A DNA stretch of 32,000 nt from Mycobacterium leprae TN (GTDB taxonomy: Bacteria > Actinomycetota > Actinomycetes > Mycobacteriales > Mycobacteriaceae). Position 1 is the stretch's first letter, and every line of letters starts with the position of its first letter. Under the pieces are notes generated by a model. That model was not told the origin of the DNA, made no database searches, and saw nothing but the letters and a program-made list of their open reading frames with translations. This document shows, piece after piece, positions 29,744 through 32,000 of this stretch. The stretch spans positions 2,910,001-2,942,000 of the forward strand of contig NC_002677.1 of NCBI RefSeq assembly GCF_000195855.1. Direction: 5' to 3'. The position numbers were made by a program, and so were the translations under genes.

Positions 29744-30009
29744 GTCCTTACAGGAATCCTTAATCTCGTGCGTTTGAAGTTCGTGTAATGCTCGTTGAAT
29801 TGTAATTTGTGTGCATGTTCTGTTGTGGGAGTGGAGCTTGCAATTTCGATTCTTGAATATTACCACTACTGTAGTTTTCTGAATATGTTCGTTTGCTGCT
29901 AAATATGGTCGATAAGATCCAAGCCATTATTCACATAGTAATACGTGTGCTCGCTGTTGGCAGTATCTCGTGGTAGTATGTCGACGACACCACCCAACTG
30001 TAGAGAACC

Positions 30010-30760
30010 CAGAAACAGCTGAGAAAAGCACAAACCACATGGCGATGTTAGTGGAAGATCGCGGTGCAGGCGTGGAAAAAGAAAAACTCGTGGAAGCCGA
30101 ATGCTGCCGGCCACGGGCTGAGCCAGCGCAGCCTGTAGAGTGATACCGACGACGAACAACAACACTCATAGCTCATGGCGGCCACCACGGCATTGTGCCG
30201 GATCGTGCCGGTTGTACCACACCGCCACCCAACCCAGGAGCCGGGTAGAGTGGCACTCTCATCCAGCCCCAGCGCGGTGCCGTCGGCCAACACATCTTCG
30301 GCAAAATGCCGTCCAGCTCGCCGCCCCATACGATCCACAGCACCACTCGCCCTGAGACTCAGGCGGCATGGTCAGTAGTGCGAAGGAAGGATAGCTACCG
30401 CAATTAACACGAAGATCATCGAATGATCCAGCACGCCTCAACTATTTCTGAGCGGTCGCGGGTTTCCAGTTGATGCGATGGTTAGGTGGTGCTGATACTG
30501 AACAGTGGCCGCAGTGTAGGCGAACGTAGCAAGCTGAGCGCGGTGGATGCCACCGCCTATTAGACAGCAACCAGTGACGCACCCGCAAGGGCAGCGATTA
30601 ACGCGGAATAAACGTGGATCCAGCCTTGAAACGAGGCTTGTGGCGAGGTGTGGTCAGGAAGCGGGCGACGCCTTTTACAACCTGAAAGTGGCATTAGCCG
30701 GCGCCGAGCCTGACGATTCAGTCTCCGCGTTGCTAACCGTGCCGACCTGACCGTTCATTT
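30010..30760 (-). pseudogene. Hemolysin-III-family membrane protein pseudogene (Rv1085c-like)
   Basis: Minus-strand fragments lie in different frames: KPRFKG/WIHVYSALIAALAGASLVAV*, WLSPWPAAFGFHEFFFFHACTAIFH* and NIAMWFVLF. It is divergent from the prenyl diphosphate synthase gene. Boundaries are approximate. Confidence 0.5.
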
Positions 30761-30897
30761 CCTCTGTCTGCCTCCCCCTCCGTTGAGTTGCCATTGGCCA
30801 ATGTGAATCCCAGTAACCTGGCACGTTTATCGCACAGACCCGACGTGATATAGCAGGAAATGCAGACCGGACTTTGTTGCTTGTCACAGTAGGGTAG

Positions 30898-31692
30898 ATG
30901 TTCGTGGAGATCATTCCGCCACGGCTCAAAGAGCCATTGTATGCGCTCTATGAGTTGCGGCTGCGACAGGGTCTGACAGCCTCGGAATCCCGACTTCCTC
31001 GCCACATCGCGGTCCTGTGTGACGGAAACCGGCGGTGGGCCCGCGACGCTGGATACGACGATGTCAGCTACGGCTACCGGATGGGCGCGGCCAAGATCGC
31101 TGAAATGCTGCGGTGGTGCCAAGAAGCCGGCATCGAAATGACCACGGTCTATCTGCTATCCACGGAAAACTTGCAACGCGATCCCGATGAGCTGGCCGCA
31201 CTAATCGAGATCATCACTGATGTGGTTGAGGAAATCTGCGCACCTGCCAATCGCTGGAGTGTGCGTACCGTCGGTGATTTGGAACTACTTGGCGAGGAAC
31301 CAGCCTGTCGACTGCGCGGCGCGGTGGAATCCACACCAGGTGTAGCGCCGTTCCATGTCAATGTCGCGGTGGGTTACGGAGGTCGCCGCGAGATAGTCGG
31401 CGCGGTACGTGCGTTGTTGGGCAAGGAACTCGCCAACGGGGCCACTGCCGAGGAGCTTGTCGAGGCGGTGACCGTTGAAGGCATTGCCAGGAACCTGTAT
31501 ACCTCTGGCCAACCTGACCCCGATCTGGTGATCCGCACCTCAGGGGAGCAACGCCTGTCCGGGTTTTTGCTGTGGCAGAGTGCGTATTCAGAGATGTGGT
31601 TCACCGAAACGCACTGGCCCGCATTCCGGCGGGTCGATTTCCTGCGCGCGCTGCGCGATTACAGCATGAGGCACCGTCGGTACGGCAAGTAG
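30898..31692 (+). CDS. Short-chain Z-prenyl diphosphate synthase (cis-prenyltransferase/UPPS family; Rv1086-like Z-farnesyl diphosphate synthase)
   Basis: 264-aa ORF. It carries the PRHIAVLCDGNRRWAR substrate-binding motif and the C-terminal IRTSGEQRLSGFLLWQSAYSE motif. An alternative start is GTG at 30904. Confidence 0.92.
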   Translation: MFVEIIPPRLKEPLYALYELRLRQGLTASESRLPRHIAVLCDGNRRWARDAGYDDVSYGYRMGAAKIAEMLRWCQEAGIEMTTVYLLSTENLQRDPDELAALIEIITDVVEEICAPANRWSVRTVGDLELLGEEPACRLRGAVESTPGVAPFHVNVAVGYGGRREIVGAVRALLGKELANGATAEELVEAVTVEGIARNLYTSGQPDPDLVIRTSGEQRLSGFLLWQSAYSEMWFTETHWPAFRRVDFLRALRDYSMRHRRYGK

Positions 31693-32000
31693 CGGCCGGC
31701 GGCGAAGGTCTTAGTCAGTGGGGGCACAAGTGACACAACCTATGCGTGATTGCGCTGTCAGTGGTTGTATTCACGCTCAGCGGGTGGCTAGGGTTTTGTA
31801 TCTGCTTGCTCGTTATCCGCCAACAAGCTGGTGCTCGCATTGAGGCGGCGATCGTACTGTGTGTTTTAGCGCTGTTAGTAGCGAGTAGCGTTCGACGTGG
31901 TGCGGACCGTCAGTGGTGCACGCACCCAGTTGCTTAGTCAGCTCGAGATCTACCTGGTTGTCCCCGGTCCCCGGGCTTGGCTTGGTTACGCAGTACTCGT

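Noticed and set aside
31746-31937. 63-aa ORF with two hydrophobic helices downstream of the prenyl diphosphate synthase gene
   Set aside because: It could be a small membrane protein. However, it has a GTG start with no clear Shine-Dalgarno, its third-position GC is only about 54% by my count, and I recognise no homology. The evidence is too weak to call.
1-32000. Search for CRISPR arrays, tRNA or rRNA genes, IS elements or known M. leprae dispersed repeats (RLEP and others)
   Set aside because: I saw no regularly spaced short repeats, no cloverleaf-like or rRNA-like sequence, and no transposase-like ORF. I cannot rule out short degenerate repeat fragments without a proper alignment to repeat consensus sequences.

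Overview
The window looks like a reductively evolved mycobacterial chromosome segment, most like Mycobacterium leprae or M. lepromatosis. This is from my recollection of protein sequences and gene order, not a database search. Gene order follows the M. tuberculosis Rv0495c to Rv0464c block in inverted orientation. At about 29.75-30.0 kb it joins directly to an Rv1085c/Rv1086-like block.

Well-supported intact genes:
- regX3 (5' truncated) and senX3
- gpmA, a YbjN-like protein and mshA
- lprQ (an L,D-transpeptidase lipoprotein) and murB
- a nitrilase-family amidohydrolase and a proline-rich membrane protein
- deoC, a DUF2516 membrane protein and hbhA
- a TetR regulator and a pcaA-like cyclopropane mycolic acid synthase
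- fadB2, an acyl-ACP-thioesterase-like protein, an AhpD/CMD-like protein and a Z-prenyl diphosphate synthase

About a dozen decayed genes lie between them:
- regulators: GntR, ROK, XRE and ramB-like
- enzymes: GMC oxidoreductase, SDR, icl and umaA-like
- membrane or secreted proteins: DUF2599, DUF445 and hemolysin-III-like

I recognised no rRNA, tRNA, CRISPR array, IS element or dispersed leprae repeat.

The standout observation is a perfect 704-bp inverted repeat (22164-22867 and 23129-23832) with a 261-bp spacer. The core of the intact pcaA-like gene is copied exactly, in inverted orientation, into the body of the convergent, otherwise decayed umaA-like pseudogene. This suggests recent gene conversion and creates a potentially invertible segment that carries the pcaA 3' end.

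Other points worth a second look:
- single-base indels on both sides of the senX3-regX3 junction
- a 48-nt AT-rich perfect palindrome between two pseudogenes
- paired decay of icl and its ramB-like regulator
- a low-GC island at the synteny breakpoint
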